A stretch of DNA of 39,499 nt from Planctomycetota bacterium. Its GTDB lineage: Bacteria > Planctomycetota > GCA-002687715 > DRQF01. The translations under genes were made by a program, and so were the position numbers. The notes beneath the pieces were generated by a model. The model ran no database searches, had not been told where the DNA came from, and saw only the letters and a list, made by a program, of their open reading frames with translations. Shown here piece by piece: positions 38,293 to 39,499 of the stretch. Positions within the stretch are counted from its first letter, which is position 1. Each line of letters starts with the position of its first letter. The DNA is taken from assembly GCA_027001995.1 (NCBI GenBank), contig JALTLO010000150.1, forward strand, positions 1 to 39,499. The letters are read 5' to 3'.

Positions 38293-39499
38293 ATGAGACA
38301 AAACAAAACAGGGTTTATTCTCATTCTCTTCATGCTCATCTGCGTCCCCGTTTTCGCCCAAGAGCAATCTCGAAAATTTCGCCACGTTGCTTTTGCCAAG
38401 GAAATAGGACAAATAACAAGACACGGGATCTTGGAAGATGATGAAGGATTCATCTGGCTCAGTGCCAACAACCGTCTGCTACGATACGATGGTAAGAGCA
38501 GCACTTCGTTTTGGTTCCATGACGATGACATCGATCCTCGGCGTGCGGCGTGGATTAACGCAACTTCAAGAACGGACGATGGCACAATTTGGATTGCTAC
38601 TCGCTGCGGATTAGCGAAGCTCACTCCCCAAGACAACTGGCTTCGCTTTGTCACTGACCAAGACCCGGCCCGGGCATTGATTTTCCGAAAGGGAATAACG
38701 ACTGTCCTGACCGACCAGGACAACGAGGTTTGGTTCGTAGCTGGTAATGCCCTGCACAGACTATCCCCAGGGACACACGTCTTAGAGACCATTATCCCAA
38801 GAGATACCAAACTAGGGGGAATATCTGAGATTCGCAAGAGCGCCTCGGGGTCACTTTGGGTCTTTTATCGAAGTGGATGGATCGCAAGGAAAGATATTGC
38901 CGACGGCAGTTTCCAATACGTCAATATCCGCGACGTTGTAGCCTTAAGCCCTGATCGTCTCAAGATTCGCGAAGCGATCCTCCACAGTGATACCGATGCT
39001 TTGGTGGCTACGGCCCAAGGGCTCCTGCGAATCAGTTTCTTAAGAAGGACAGGAAAGCGAATCAGAGGTTCCTCGCCTATGATCGAATTCGCAAGGGACA
39101 AACAAGCCAGAGCATTGGAGAAGCATAGCAGCGAAGAAAACAAACTCTGGGTGGGCACATTCAACGACGGGCTCTACCTATTAGATCTCATCACCGGAAA
39201 ATCCGAGCACTTCACTCATCGATCGGACCGCGCCGAGAGCCTTCTTTCCGATAAAATCTATGCCCTAAAGAACGATCAGCGAGGAAGATTGTGGATCGCA
39301 TCCGAGCGAGGCTACTCGGTCACCAACCCGAGCACAGGAATCAACTACACACCGATCAGTCACTACGGCATCAAGCCTTTTCCTCGGGGTGTCAGGGCCA
39401 TGGCAAGAGATCGATTGGGACGAATGTGGTTTGGCTCAGAGGTGAACTCCCTGATTGTCCGTGGCCAGTCAAATGAGACGATTGCCACAATCAAATTAT
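38293..39499 (+). CDS. Two-component regulator propeller (Reg_prop) sensor protein, N-terminal part (3' truncated; absent from the ORF track)
   Basis: Hand translation from ATG 38293 is open to the window end: MRQNKTGFILILFMLICVPVFA, then repeats EDDEGFIWL, DDGTIWIAT, LWVGTFNDGL, LLSDKIYALKNDQRGRLWIAS and RDRLGRMWFG. Confidence 0.85.
   Translation, partial: MRQNKTGFILILFMLICVPVFAQEQSRKFRHVAFAKEIGQITRHGILEDDEGFIWLSANNRLLRYDGKSSTSFWFHDDDIDPRRAAWINATSRTDDGTIWIATRCGLAKLTPQDNWLRFVTDQDPARALIFRKGITTVLTDQDNEVWFVAGNALHRLSPGTHVLETIIPRDTKLGGISEIRKSASGSLWVFYRSGWIARKDIADGSFQYVNIRDVVALSPDRLKIREAILHSDTDALVATAQGLLRISFLRRTGKRIRGSSPMIEFARDKQARALEKHSSEENKLWVGTFNDGLYLLDLITGKSEHFTHRSDRAESLLSDKIYALKNDQRGRLWIASERGYSVTNPSTGINYTPISHYGIKPFPRGVRAMARDRLGRMWFGSEVNSLIVRGQSNETIATIKL

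Overview
Bacterial chromosomal window of about 24 protein-coding genes, with no rRNA, tRNA, CRISPR array or mobile element seen. The gene content (DUF1080 proteins, a CRTAC1/ASPIC-UnbV protein, secreted squalene-cyclase-repeat protein, FG-GAP propellers) suggests a Planctomycetota/PVC organism; this is inference only. Recognisable genes: the end of a D-Ala-D-Ala-ligase-like ATP-grasp enzyme, a flavoprotein disulfide reductase, a globin-coupled chemoreceptor, a radical SAM/SPASM enzyme, an NHL lipoprotein, a PAS hybrid histidine kinase, a fatty acid desaturase, an 8-gene moxR-DUF58-Bat operon, a DUF523/TudS-like gene facing cysK, a membrane pentaheme cytochrome/TPR gene paired with a CRTAC1-like gene, and a truncated Reg_prop sensor at the right edge that the ORF track missed. 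Best leads: (1) a small secreted protein with a candidate histidine-brace copper site; (2) a C-terminal domain apparently shared by two unrelated secreted proteins, possibly an undescribed sorting domain; (3) a three-gene exported redox operon (thioredoxin-like/TPR, cytochrome c lipoprotein, propeller plus two DUF1080) whose last gene is split by one extra T in a homopolymer; (4) a 7 x 174 bp FG-GAP propeller with variation concentrated at a few loop positions and an upstream 3 x 11 bp direct repeat; (5) a periplasmic-binding-protein/metzincin fusion. All family calls are by eye from motifs; no searches were run.
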